Assembly: GCA_041736175.1 (NCBI GenBank)
Contig: JBGSUI010000148.1
Coordinates: 32,001-96,000, forward strand
Source of the DNA: Oligoflexales bacterium
GTDB taxonomy: Bacteria > Bdellovibrionota_B > Oligoflexia > Oligoflexales > CAIYRB01
Length of the DNA: 64,000 nucleotides
Reading direction: 5' to 3'
The translations under genes and the position numbers were made by a program. The notes beneath the pieces were generated by a model that was given only the letters and a program-made list of their open reading frames with translations, had not been told where the DNA came from and did not search any database. Positions 48,597 to 58,247 of the stretch are shown here, one piece after another. Every line of letters begins with the position of its first letter. Within the stretch, counting starts at the first letter, position 1.

Positions 48597-48956
48597 TCAG
48601 CCACCAGCGCGCACCACCTTAAGGTTTTTTTTGAGGGCATAGGCCTCTACTTTGGAGCGGAGGTCGCCCCGAAGTTCGATGGTTCCGTCTTTAAAAGTCC
48701 CACCGACCCCAAAGGCTCCTTGGAGGTCTTTGGTCAAGGCGACTGCTTGGGACTCCGTCAGGGGCAGATTAAACAGCACGGTGACCGTCTTACCGCCTCG
48801 GCCTTTGGTCTCAAGGCGCATTTTGATCGGCCCCGCGCTAAGGGGCTTAGTCGCGCCCCGGTCGTCTTGGGTGTCAGTAGAGATGTGTTTAGTCGAATAG
48901 ACGGGTTTATCTGCCAACGGTAGCTCCCTTTGCTCGTCAAGAGTTCTCAGGTACAA
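48597..48956 (-). CDS. yciH: Translation initiation factor SUI1/YciH homolog
   Basis: VYST, KGRGGKTVT, GVGGTFKDGTIELRGD; true start may be about 48917. Confidence 0.9.
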   Translation of the reverse strand: MYLRTLDEQRELPLADKPVYSTKHISTDTQDDRGATKPLSAGPIKMRLETKGRGGKTVTVLFNLPLTESQAVALTKDLQGAFGVGGTFKDGTIELRGDLRSKVEAYALKKNLKVVRAGG

Positions 48957-48965
48957 ACGCAGTCT

Positions 48966-49706
48966 TTAAAGATCGGGTTCGCTTGCAGTCGTTTGAGCGC
49001 TGTCTCCGCGAAATTGATAAACAACATTTCGTGAATAAGAGCGTCCGAGTGACTGGACATCGTAAGATACTAAAAGACTCAAGGAGGCAATGGGCTGAGC
49101 TTGGGTGCCCACATTCACGGTGCTGACCTGTTTAACTGAAAAATTGAGTTTATTGGCCCACATCACTTTAACTTGACTCGGGATGACGGCGACAGTCGCC
49201 AAATACTGACCCTGACCATCAAGGCTGCCGCCGTACTGATGCATTAAAGTAAATTTAATTTCATATACATTCGCGCCAAAGATATTTTGCCCGACCGCGC
49301 TGTAAGAACGATAGACGATATCAGAAAATCCATTTAAATCCGCAGCGCTGGTGACGCCTTTGGGCAGGGCATTGGCAAAATCGAAAGCAAGATTGACCAC
49401 GGGCTTGTTGTTTTCGATGATGTTCCAGACGGCTTTACCTAAGTTGATGATCGCACCGTAGTCGATATTGGGGAGAGGCTGCGTCCAATGTGTGGTTGGA
49501 GACACACCCGTGGGCCCCTCCACTCCTTCGAGTGTTCCTTCGAGAGTTGGGATTTCCTCGATAAACTCCCGAACTATAGTCCGTTCTTCGAGCGAAGGAT
49601 ATTCCATGGATTCGCTAGGGTCTTCCGTGGCGGCCCCTGCCAAAGGGGTTATGAGTCCACTGATGGATAGCAAAAATCCTAACAGATTTATTTTAGCTAA
49701 TTTCAT
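48966..49706 (-). CDS. Secreted hypothetical protein
   Basis: Signal peptide, acidic linker, amphipathic helix IINLGKAVWNII, then a beta-rich domain. Confidence 0.7.
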   Translation of the reverse strand: MKLAKINLLGFLLSISGLITPLAGAATEDPSESMEYPSLEERTIVREFIEEIPTLEGTLEGVEGPTGVSPTTHWTQPLPNIDYGAIINLGKAVWNIIENNKPVVNLAFDFANALPKGVTSAADLNGFSDIVYRSYSAVGQNIFGANVYEIKFTLMHQYGGSLDGQGQYLATVAVIPSQVKVMWANKLNFSVKQVSTVNVGTQAQPIASLSLLVSYDVQSLGRSYSRNVVYQFRGDSAQTTASEPDL

Positions 49707-49915
49707 ACAGGCTCCCATGATATGCGATGAATCTTGGTTAACACATATTTTGAACCTGGTAACATATTACGTTCATCTGGACAACTTTTTTAAGAATCCC
49801 CTCAAAGAAAAGGTCCCGATTGTTGTATATTTTAAACGCTCTCGATAGGATGTTGATGTTTGGGGTGGCCTTTACTGGCATCCAGTCAAAAAACGATCGA
49901 GAGGGGGAGTTTATC

Positions 49916-51637
49916 ATGCACCAAAAAATCGAGCCTAAGGTGACCCTAAAAGGAGACCTTCGTTTCCAGGTCTATTTTATGGTCTTTGTGACCCTTTTCC
50001 TATCCCAAGGGGGTTATTCCCAAAGCCCCAAACCCTTGAGCATTGGCACCTCTTCGGAGTTTGAGTCGCTCCACCCTTTGATTCAGTCGTCCGCATCTGC
50101 AAGCTATCTTACAGATATCACCATGCCGCCTTTGGTTTTTCTGGATGACGACTGGAAGTGGACTTGTAAGCTTTGCGAAACTGTACCGACTCTGGAAAAT
50201 GGGCTGGCAAAAATCATCGAGGAAGGTGGAAAAAAACGCATCCAGTCGACTTGGACCTTAAAGCCTCATTTAAAATGGGCCGACGGGACTCCCTTAACCG
50301 GTAAGGATTTTCAGTTAGGACTCGAAATCGGAAAATCACCCCATGTCCTGATCCCCGATCGGGATACCTTTAGCCGCATCAACAGAATCCAGGTGGATGC
50401 TAAAATCCCTACAAAGTTTATCGTCTATTCGGAGGCTCTGGATTATCGGTTTGTCCGCCTTTCCGAACTCACTCCCATCCCCCATCATGTGGAAGGGGCC
50501 CTTTGGGAAAAACACAAGGGCCAACCCCAAGCTTACGAAAAAAATAGCCTCTATATCACAAAACCAGAAACCCAAGGACTTTGGTATGGGCCCTATGTGG
50601 TTAAGGAAGTAAAACTTGGCAGCCATGTGACCATGGTGTCCAATCCCCTTTGGCAAGAACCACCGCCAGCCTTTAGCCCGGTGATTTTTAAATTCATCGC
50701 CAACAACCAGACCCTCGAAGCCTCGTTGCTTTCTAAACAGATCGACCTGATCTACGAACTCAGTATTTTCCCCGATCAGTGTCTGGCTTTTGAAGATCGA
50801 CTTACCAAGGATCGGGCCTTAGCCCAGCGTTTCCAAGTGCTCTATAAACCTGGGATCACCCTTGCCCAGTTGACCCTCAATGGTGAGCAGGTCCTTTTAA
50901 AAGACAAAGCCGTGCGCCAAGCGATCCAGATGGGGATCGATCGGGAAAAGGTGGTGCAAGCTTTGTTTAAGGGAAAGTCGTCTCTGTCCCACCAATTTTT
51001 TTCGCCTCTTGACGAGCTTTACGATAAGACTCTAGCACCTATCCAGTACCAGCCTCGGGAGGCAGAGGCCCTACTCGACAAAGCCCAATGGAAAAAAGGG
51101 GAGAAGGGTCTTCGAAGTAAAGAGGGCGTAGTTTTGCGGTTTCAGCTTCTAGCAGCTTCGGGTGTTAAGACCCTGGAGGTTGTCCAGCAATACATCAAAG
51201 CAGAGCTCGCTAAAATCGGCATCGAAGTCTCCCTGAAAAACGAGCCGGCCAGGGTGCTCTTTGGAGAAACTCTCCAAAAAAGGCGATTTGATGGGATGGC
51301 TTTGTTTTCGTGGGTAAGCAACCCGGGAGATATCCCCAGCACGTTGTTTAGATCTGATTCGATTCCGAGTGCCGAAAATAGCTGGTCTGGCCAAAATTTT
51401 ATGGCTTGGAAAAATCCAAAGGTGGACGAGCTTATGGATCAAGCTGCCCAAGAGTTGGACACCCAAAAGCGCATCCGCCTTATGGCAGAGTTTAACAAGC
51501 TTTACCGGGACGAAGCCCTGCAAATCCCCCTCTATCACCGCATCGAGTGTGCTATCATCCCAAAGGACTTACGTGGCTTTAAACTCTACGGCACTTTGAC
51601 TAAGTCGGCTCACGATCTCCATCGGTGGAGTCGTTAA
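49916..51637 (+). CDS. ABC peptide/nickel-family (SBP family 5) solute-binding protein, orphan
   Basis: KWADGTPLT..D, GPY, VRQAI..GIDR, YQP..A..LLD. Confidence 0.9.
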   Translation: MHQKIEPKVTLKGDLRFQVYFMVFVTLFLSQGGYSQSPKPLSIGTSSEFESLHPLIQSSASASYLTDITMPPLVFLDDDWKWTCKLCETVPTLENGLAKIIEEGGKKRIQSTWTLKPHLKWADGTPLTGKDFQLGLEIGKSPHVLIPDRDTFSRINRIQVDAKIPTKFIVYSEALDYRFVRLSELTPIPHHVEGALWEKHKGQPQAYEKNSLYITKPETQGLWYGPYVVKEVKLGSHVTMVSNPLWQEPPPAFSPVIFKFIANNQTLEASLLSKQIDLIYELSIFPDQCLAFEDRLTKDRALAQRFQVLYKPGITLAQLTLNGEQVLLKDKAVRQAIQMGIDREKVVQALFKGKSSLSHQFFSPLDELYDKTLAPIQYQPREAEALLDKAQWKKGEKGLRSKEGVVLRFQLLAASGVKTLEVVQQYIKAELAKIGIEVSLKNEPARVLFGETLQKRRFDGMALFSWVSNPGDIPSTLFRSDSIPSAENSWSGQNFMAWKNPKVDELMDQAAQELDTQKRIRLMAEFNKLYRDEALQIPLYHRIECAIIPKDLRGFKLYGTLTKSAHDLHRWSR

Positions 51638-51777
51638 CTTGGGAAATTCCGGTTCGAGCTTGGATCGACAACTAAAGTGGATTTTATAGGAAAAATCTCA
51701 TAATTTCATTGACTTGAATTTTTGGTGAGAAGATATTAGGAAATTAAAATCATAAATACCAACTTAGGTGTATTTTG

Positions 51778-51793
51778 TGGCTTAATTTTTGCA
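51778..51793 (+). promoter_or_regulatory. Sigma-54 promoter
   Basis: TGGCTTAATTTTTGCA. Confidence 0.6.
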
Positions 51794-51832
51794 TGAGTAA
51801 GGTATTCGCTAAATCATTTGAAAAGGAAAAAA

Positions 51833-52633
51833 ATGACAAGATCTTACTTTAAAATATTTCTAGCTACACTGCATTCTACGCCTTTTAATTTTAAAAAATT
51901 ATGTATCTTTTTTGGGATGTTTGGTGTCCCATTAGGGATGATAGCTTGTTCAAAAATAGGTGATACTCAAAATCAGTCCAATGTCAGTATGACTTTCACT
52001 CCCGAAACATTAACAAACAATAATTTTTTACTTAGACTGTCTAAAAGTAATGGCCGTGTCAACTTGTTAATCGATTTAAGTAATGCAAACCAAAGCAGTG
52101 ATTTAGGAAAAATTAAAACTGATATAAGCAACTCTATGCTTAGAGCCATGAATTTATGGAACAGTGCTTTAGCAGGATATAGTGATTGGAATGTGACCTC
52201 AATTTCTCTTGCAAACGATCAGTCTGCGCCACAACTCAGAATTCAATACGCTTCGGGACGCCCTCTGGCGATCCCCTCGAGTGATTTAATCATCCTGGTA
52301 GATCCTCAAACTTACGATGGATCACTAAACTATCAGTCACTGCATGAGTATGGCCATATTTTGGGGCTCTATGAGGCATACACGGAACCAGGTCGAAGTG
52401 TGCCCAAAATCCCCCAGGCGTCCAGCGTCATGCAAAATATGCGAGAGGACCTGACCCAAGAAGACGTAAATTCAATCAGATTTATATGGGACGTTTTGAA
52501 AGGTAAAGCTAACGTCGAAAGTTGTCCCCCAGGCTATGTAAACGACAAAAATGCTTATAGTCATGGAGGCGCCATTTTCTGTGCTATCCCAACAACCTCC
52601 AGTGACACAAGCTCTAAAGCTCCCAAGCCTTGA
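51833..52633 (+). CDS. Metzincin-like zinc metalloprotease lipoprotein
   Basis: MIAC lipobox, HEYGHILGL, SVM Met-turn; AT-rich 5' half. Confidence 0.8.
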   Translation: MTRSYFKIFLATLHSTPFNFKKLCIFFGMFGVPLGMIACSKIGDTQNQSNVSMTFTPETLTNNNFLLRLSKSNGRVNLLIDLSNANQSSDLGKIKTDISNSMLRAMNLWNSALAGYSDWNVTSISLANDQSAPQLRIQYASGRPLAIPSSDLIILVDPQTYDGSLNYQSLHEYGHILGLYEAYTEPGRSVPKIPQASSVMQNMREDLTQEDVNSIRFIWDVLKGKANVESCPPGYVNDKNAYSHGGAIFCAIPTTSSDTSSKAPKP

Positions 52634-52678
52634 ACTGGACGGGTAAAATCGCCGCAGCGAATGCGGTCCTTATCTTAG

Positions 52679-52839
52679 AGGGGAAAAACCCATGGAGTCG
52701 ATTTGGACCTTAACACCCTATTTAAAATCCCCTTTATCACCCCATCGAGTGTGCTATCATACCTAAGGAATTACATGGATTTAAACTCTACGGTCCTTTG
52801 ACCAAGTCAGCCCATGACCTCAATCGCAGGAGTCGTTAA
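52679..52839 (+). pseudogene. Internally deleted relic of a second copy of the SBP gene
   Basis: 52679-52728 aligns to SBP about 50228-50276; 52725-52839 aligns to the SBP 3' end 51522-51637 including the TAA. Confidence 0.85.
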
Positions 52840-52842
52840 AAA

Positions 52843-53388
52843 ATGAAATCCAAATCCCATGATAAACTTCTCTCGATCCTTAAAGAGCGCTTTGACCAAT
52901 CCATGCACCGCCATCCAGGGATCCTTTGGCCTCAGGTGCTAGACCGGCTTTTGGCTAAAAAGACGGCGTTGGCGTCTCTTGCAGAGATGGAAAAAACCGG
53001 TGGGGAACCAGACGTCGTGGCCTACGACAAAGGGTCTGCGGAGTATTGGTTTGTGGATTGTTCTAAGGAAAGCCCCGTAGGGCGGAGGAGTGTTTGCTAC
53101 GACCAGGAGGCGCTTCGATCAAGAAAACAAAATAAGCCGAAGGCAAGTGCCCTTGAGATGGGGGAATCCATGGGAATCGAGCTTTTGACGGAAGCCCAAT
53201 ACCGCGACCTGCAAAAATTGGAAGCTATTGACACTAAAACTTCGAGCTGGATCATGACGCCAGCAGATATTCGCAAACGAGGTGGAGCCCTCTTTTGTGA
53301 TCGGCGTTATGAGGCCGTTTTTGTGTACCACAATGGAGCGGAATCCTACTATGCAGCCCGAGGGTTTCGAGGGCTTTTGAGAGTATAA
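52843..53388 (+). CDS. DUF4256 family protein
   Basis: TGGEPDVV, ESP.GRRS.CYD, KTSSW, YHNGAESYY..RGFRG. Confidence 0.85.
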   Translation: MKSKSHDKLLSILKERFDQSMHRHPGILWPQVLDRLLAKKTALASLAEMEKTGGEPDVVAYDKGSAEYWFVDCSKESPVGRRSVCYDQEALRSRKQNKPKASALEMGESMGIELLTEAQYRDLQKLEAIDTKTSSWIMTPADIRKRGGALFCDRRYEAVFVYHNGAESYYAARGFRGLLRV

Positions 53389-53451
53389 ATAATTCAATCT
53401 AGATTTGCTACCGGATTGGGATGATTGGACTGTTGGACAAGCGATTTGCGA

Positions 53452-54789
53452 CTAGCGATTTGCGACAATAGTAGATAATAAGCCATCTAGGTCGCCTACG
53501 ATTTCGAATTTGGCGTTAGGCATTAGGCGCACCCTAACGGATCGAGTAACCTTGTCATCAATGCTTTTATAGCTTCCAGAAAAATACCTGGTTTCTAAGC
53601 CAGGACCAAAAAGTTCAATAAAGGTTTTTGACTCATTCGGTATATTGATGCGCGTGTCTGGGACCTTGGTAAATACTTTTTGCTCTAGAGGCAATCGAAT
53701 GCGCATAAGTGTCGCGTCATCCGTGCCGCTCTCTGTTCGAGATCCGGTCGAAGTGATTAGACCTGCTTTGATTGCACCGATTTTCTGTGGAGTACCGGAT
53801 TTGTCCGGTGCCGCGAGGACTGTCACAAGATCATTATCGAATTCCAAAATGAGACAATTTTGATCAGCCTTATAGGCGAAAAACTTCTGTGCTATCGCCA
53901 AATCACAATCCCGGTAGGAAAACCGCTTTGGAAACGAAAATATCCCACCAGGGGGAAATGATTTATCTAGCCACTCCGCGCCAATTTTCTCTTCTTTAAT
54001 AGCCATAACATTGACCTTGTCGGTCATTATTTCGACAAATTTTTCTGACATCAGAAAAACCTTGTCGCCCTCAAGATGGGGAACACCAAACACATGGCCT
54101 AGTTCGTGCGTGATGGTTGCCTCAAAAATGCACCCGTCACAAACGGACCATGGATCACTAGCAAATGAATGTGCGCTAGGCTTGAAAGGTCCCTTATGAG
54201 CAGCCACAAAAATAAAACCTCGACCGCGAAGATTCACCGTGTCGTATTTCGCTCTAACAGCCATCCCTATGACGCTGTCACGCTTTGGAATAAGGTGCGC
54301 TTGGTCGTCGGAAAGTCTGCCGAGTTGGAAGCGTAAATCCGTGTGTGGTGAGCACGCCTCTTCGGCAAATTGCTGGGTGGCTATTAAAAGAGGCGCATAA
54401 GGTTGCAAATCCTTACTTGTGTAATAGGAATTGTTAGCCTGAGAAAAAGACTGCTTCCAACGATCGATAGAACGCTCGATAACCTTTTTAGCCCGATCGT
54501 GCGAGATGCCAAAGTTTTGCTCGTCAATATCAATGCAGTAGGAGACCTTATCCGTATTTTGTAAAAACCAAGGGTTGGCTGCTGTGCCGATGAGAAGGCC
54601 GCCGCCCGTCGACATACCACCTTCCAGGACTACATGGTCGTTTTGGTCGTTTGAGGGCTCATCTTTATCTACTTTATCAACTTTTTGTGCTCGATGCGCT
54701 ATGCAGCTCGTGCTCAAAATCGAAACACCCAGTGTAAAGGCGGCAAATCTCGCCGTTTTCCAATCTTGACCCATAAAACTGCCGCTCAT
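53452..54789 (-). CDS. Zinc metalloprotease lipoprotein (matrixin-like)
   Basis: STSC lipobox-like, GGMSTGGG, HELGHVFGVPH, LM Met-turn. Confidence 0.82.
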   Translation of the reverse strand: MSGSFMGQDWKTARFAAFTLGVSILSTSCIAHRAQKVDKVDKDEPSNDQNDHVVLEGGMSTGGGLLIGTAANPWFLQNTDKVSYCIDIDEQNFGISHDRAKKVIERSIDRWKQSFSQANNSYYTSKDLQPYAPLLIATQQFAEEACSPHTDLRFQLGRLSDDQAHLIPKRDSVIGMAVRAKYDTVNLRGRGFIFVAAHKGPFKPSAHSFASDPWSVCDGCIFEATITHELGHVFGVPHLEGDKVFLMSEKFVEIMTDKVNVMAIKEEKIGAEWLDKSFPPGGIFSFPKRFSYRDCDLAIAQKFFAYKADQNCLILEFDNDLVTVLAAPDKSGTPQKIGAIKAGLITSTGSRTESGTDDATLMRIRLPLEQKVFTKVPDTRINIPNESKTFIELFGPGLETRYFSGSYKSIDDKVTRSVRVRLMPNAKFEIVGDLDGLLSTIVANR

Positions 54790-54930
54790 CCTGGAACCCC
54801 CAGCCAATTTTTGAAACCAGATTGAATAACATAATAACATTTTCTGGCGTCCTACAAGGGTTCAAGCGCTACATTAGGGGCTTCGACTCAAAGCAGCCCC
54901 TAAAGTAGCGTCTGAAATGGCTGAATCGCC

Positions 54931-55373
54931 TTATGGCTTGGCTGCTGTTGTTTTGCAGTCCAACTCGAAGGATTGGTGCGAGTCGGTGTATTTTCCCTTT
55001 CCGGTCGACCGGTCGATTGTGGCGGAAATGGCTAGGTCCTTAGTCCAACCAGCGCCTTCGATGTTGATAATGTTCTGGTCCTCCTTCAAGTTGATTGGAT
55101 AGGCAACTTGGTTTTCGTTGGACGGCTTGTTTTTAAAGAATAGACTAACATCGAGTTGGTCGTATTGGGCGAGATTGGCGCGTCATCTTTGGTTTTAACA
55201 ACCGTCAACAGGAGCTGCTGTTGACCTTCACCTGGCCGGTAGCACACTGCTACGGTTTCCAGGGTCTCCGGTTTTGACACAGGTACAGGGGCGTAGCTAT
55301 CATTCTTCTCTTTTTTTCCACAACCCATAGCAACTACAAAAAATGCAATTGATGTCAATGATTTCGTACTCAT
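54931..55373 (-). pseudogene. Frameshifted small lipoprotein gene
   Basis: MGC lipobox ORF; a second frame opens at about 55180 and runs to TAA 54931 (ANLAQYDQLDVSLF...FELDCKTTAAKP). Confidence 0.6.
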
Positions 55374-55500
55374 AAATAACTCCAACAACTTAGTTTAGTT
55401 GGCCAGAACCATTCCGGCCTTGGACGATTTATAACCCTTGCCCCGCCACATTTATAGGTTTTATTTGTAAAAAATCACGGAGTATGTTTATAATTTATAA

Positions 55501-56319
55501 ATGAAAGCCAAACCTATAAATATATTTGAGTTTTCTGATTACCGAGAGCTTATTCGACGAGTCATCGAGTCGCGCAACGAGAAACGCGGCTATCACAAGA
55601 GGCTTGCAGCGGCAGCTGGATGTCATACCTCATACCTTTCACAGGTGCTCAATTCCAATATCCAATTGACCCCAGACCAAGCAGCCGGGATGGCCCGATT
55701 CTGGGGATTCTCCTCACGTGAAACCGACTATTTCCTGTACCTCGTGATGATTGATCGCAGCGGCACCCCGGCTTTGAAGGAGTTTCTCCAAGGGCGATTG
55801 TCGGAATTGCGAGAAGAAAACAATATCCTGGTGCGTCGCATCAAAGACCCACCTCCAAAGCTCCGGCTCGAAGACCAAGTTCTTTACTATTCAGCTTGGT
55901 ATTACGCGGCAATCCACATGATGATCACCGTCCCTAAACTACGGAATCCGGCCGAAATCGCACAACGCCTTGCACTCTCGACAAACCTTGTCGAGAGAAC
56001 GCTCGATCAACTTGAAGCCATGGGCTTTGTCCAGCAGGACGAAGGCGGGTACGCGCCGACTAGCAAAATCGTTCATATCGGAATGGACTCTCCACTCAAT
56101 GCATCAAATCATGCCCATTGGCGCCACGTATCGACTAACCGAATTTTTGAAAATCGACCTGGGGAAGTGCATTACAGCGCCGTCTATTCCTTAAGCCAGG
56201 CTGACCTTGGTAAACTTAGAGAAGAACTCCTCCAGCTCATGGAGCGGTCACGCCAAATCGTCGGCCCTTCCAAGGAGGAAACGGTCGGCATCATGATTTT
56301 GGACTTGTTCGAGATGTAG
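55501..56319 (+). CDS. TIGR02147/DUF4423 family HTH protein
   Basis: IFEFSDYR, SYLSQVL, YYSAWYYAAI, N..H..WR; family typical of Bdellovibrionota. Confidence 0.85.
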   Translation: MKAKPINIFEFSDYRELIRRVIESRNEKRGYHKRLAAAAGCHTSYLSQVLNSNIQLTPDQAAGMARFWGFSSRETDYFLYLVMIDRSGTPALKEFLQGRLSELREENNILVRRIKDPPPKLRLEDQVLYYSAWYYAAIHMMITVPKLRNPAEIAQRLALSTNLVERTLDQLEAMGFVQQDEGGYAPTSKIVHIGMDSPLNASNHAHWRHVSTNRIFENRPGEVHYSAVYSLSQADLGKLREELLQLMERSRQIVGPSKEETVGIMILDLFEM

Positions 56320-56556
56320 TCCTTTCCTAGGCAAGATGGTTCGTTTCACGGCAAACTAGTGGAAAATAACTAAGAAATTTAAGTATTTGTTATGCTTATT
56401 AATTTAAATGAGATTGCCCTGACAACAACCTGGAATAGACCTCCTTTTTAATAAAAAGTGTGCTATTGTGCGCCAGCCTTGCTGGCAGCGTAGGCAAGGA
56501 GCCCACGTGGAGCCCCCATGGAGCCCACGAGTCTATCCCCCAATCATGGATTATGA

Positions 56557-57714
56557 ATGACGACTTTTCAAAAATTCCCCCTCCTCCCCTCCCTTCTGAC
56601 AACCCTGGCCGAGGAGGATCTCATCACTCCGACGGAAATCCAGAAACGAGCACTCCCCCATCTTCTTAAGGGAAAATCCCTTGTGGGGGTGTCGGAGACT
56701 GGCAGCGGTAAAACCCTGGTCTATATTCTGACGGCTCTCCAGCATCTCAAGGTTTTAGAAAACCAAGGCCAGCAGGCCACCAAGGACCGTTCGCCCCGGG
56801 CCGTCGTGATGGTACCCACCCGGGAGCTGGGCGAGCAGGTGGCCCGCCACTTTAAGGTGTTTACCCACAAAACCCGTCTTAGGGTGCGCAGTGTGCTCGG
56901 TGGGACAACCTTAGAGATTGCCAAGAAAAATATTGAGGGAACTTTCGATATCCTCGTTGCCACTCCAGGGCGTCTTATCAAACTCCTGGACAGGGGGCTT
57001 CTTCATTTAGGGGATGTGCGGATCCTGATATTTGACGAAGTGGACCAGATGTTGGATCAAGGGTTTTTGCCTGATTCCAAGCGAATCGCGGCAGCATGCC
57101 CAAGCTCTAAACAGCTCGTCTTGTTTTCTGCCACTGTATCCCCCGGAGTGCAGGAGCTGATGAAGAGTCTGTTTGCGGATGCTGAGGTGGTCCGCACCCA
57201 AGGCAGTCACCAAGTCGTGGCGGGTTTGACCACGCGCCATCAGTCGGTATCTGAAAGCGACCGATTTAACGCCTTGCAAAGCCTCCTCACCCAGCCCACC
57301 AAAGGTGGGACCATGATCTTTACCAACACCCGGGAACAATGCGACATCCTCGCCACAGAGCTTGCCAAAATAAAGTGCGAAAGTGTCGTCTACCGGGGAT
57401 CAATGGACAAACTCGAACGGCGTGCCAATCTAAAGGCTTTCCGCACCGGTGCGATAAAAGTCCTGATCTCGACCGACCTTGGGTCGCGCGGGCTGGATGT
57501 CGACCATGTAGAACGGGTCATCAATTACCATTTGCCTTACCAGATCGACCAATACCTCCACCGCGCTGGCCGGACTGCTCGTGCGGGGCGGTCGGGGCTG
57601 ATCATCAACCTCGTCGGAGAGCGGGACCTATCTTTGGTGGAAAAGCTCCGGGGTCTTGAAAACAGCAAGCGCTTTGGAGGGGGGCTTGCTAAAACTTCCG
57701 AAAAACACAGTTAA
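56557..57714 (+). CDS. DEAD-box RNA helicase (DEVD variant)
   Basis: PTEIQ, TGSGKT, PTRELG, TPGR, DEVD, SAT, RGLD, HRAGRTAR. Confidence 0.95.
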   Translation: MTTFQKFPLLPSLLTTLAEEDLITPTEIQKRALPHLLKGKSLVGVSETGSGKTLVYILTALQHLKVLENQGQQATKDRSPRAVVMVPTRELGEQVARHFKVFTHKTRLRVRSVLGGTTLEIAKKNIEGTFDILVATPGRLIKLLDRGLLHLGDVRILIFDEVDQMLDQGFLPDSKRIAAACPSSKQLVLFSATVSPGVQELMKSLFADAEVVRTQGSHQVVAGLTTRHQSVSESDRFNALQSLLTQPTKGGTMIFTNTREQCDILATELAKIKCESVVYRGSMDKLERRANLKAFRTGAIKVLISTDLGSRGLDVDHVERVINYHLPYQIDQYLHRAGRTARAGRSGLIINLVGERDLSLVEKLRGLENSKRFGGGLAKTSEKHS

Positions 57715-58231
57715 ACACCCCCTTGTTGGCACCATAGAAGCCGCTTTTACCCAGAAGATAGCTCCCCTAAGACCCCAGGGCACTGCTCTTGCCTCCTTTT
57801 GGAGCCTCGACAAAGCTTTGTCCTACGCCCTCAAACAGGCAGGGGCTGCCGAGGGGTTTGTACAGGGCTTGGATCAAATCGAAAGACTCCTTGTTAAGGA
57901 GGCTCATGGCATCCTTCTGTTGCGAAAAAAAACAGGACAACCGGAGGTCTCTCGACTATCGCGGCTCCTCCTGTTGTCTAACGACGGCAGTGAGCGATTT
58001 TATCACAAAGTCGACTCTATCCTCAAAGCCCACGGCACCCGCACTTGGGCTGTCGTTATAGATACCACTGCCGAAACTTTGGGCAAATTAGCACTTCCAA
58101 TGGGCACTCCTGTTAAGGGGTTGCTACTCGCTGATCGCACCGCCTTGGAACTCTTTCTCGCAAATCTTGTTTCAGCACGGGAGCTTGTAACTTTACAGAC
58201 TTCCTCACATGAGTCGCCTTCATCTCTCTGA
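57686..58231 (+). CDS. Hypothetical protein, possible L7Ae/Gadd45-like fold
   Basis: TTG start after GGAGG inside the helicase 3' end; GLDQIERLL..LLLLSND..ETLG..VKGLLLAD pattern. Confidence 0.55.
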   Translation: MLKLPKNTVKHPLVGTIEAAFTQKIAPLRPQGTALASFWSLDKALSYALKQAGAAEGFVQGLDQIERLLVKEAHGILLLRKKTGQPEVSRLSRLLLLSNDGSERFYHKVDSILKAHGTRTWAVVIDTTAETLGKLALPMGTPVKGLLLADRTALELFLANLVSARELVTLQTSSHESPSSL

Positions 58232-58247
58232 GCTTTGCGGCTCTTGA

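Noticed and set aside
51522..52839. Direct repeat read as attL/attR of an integrase-driven element
   Set aside because: No integrase, the copies are diverged, and the second also contains an internal SBP fragment; better explained as a deleted gene copy
56349..56375. GGCAAACTAGTGGAAA resembling a c-di-GMP-I riboswitch P1/P2
   Set aside because: Second half of the consensus is absent
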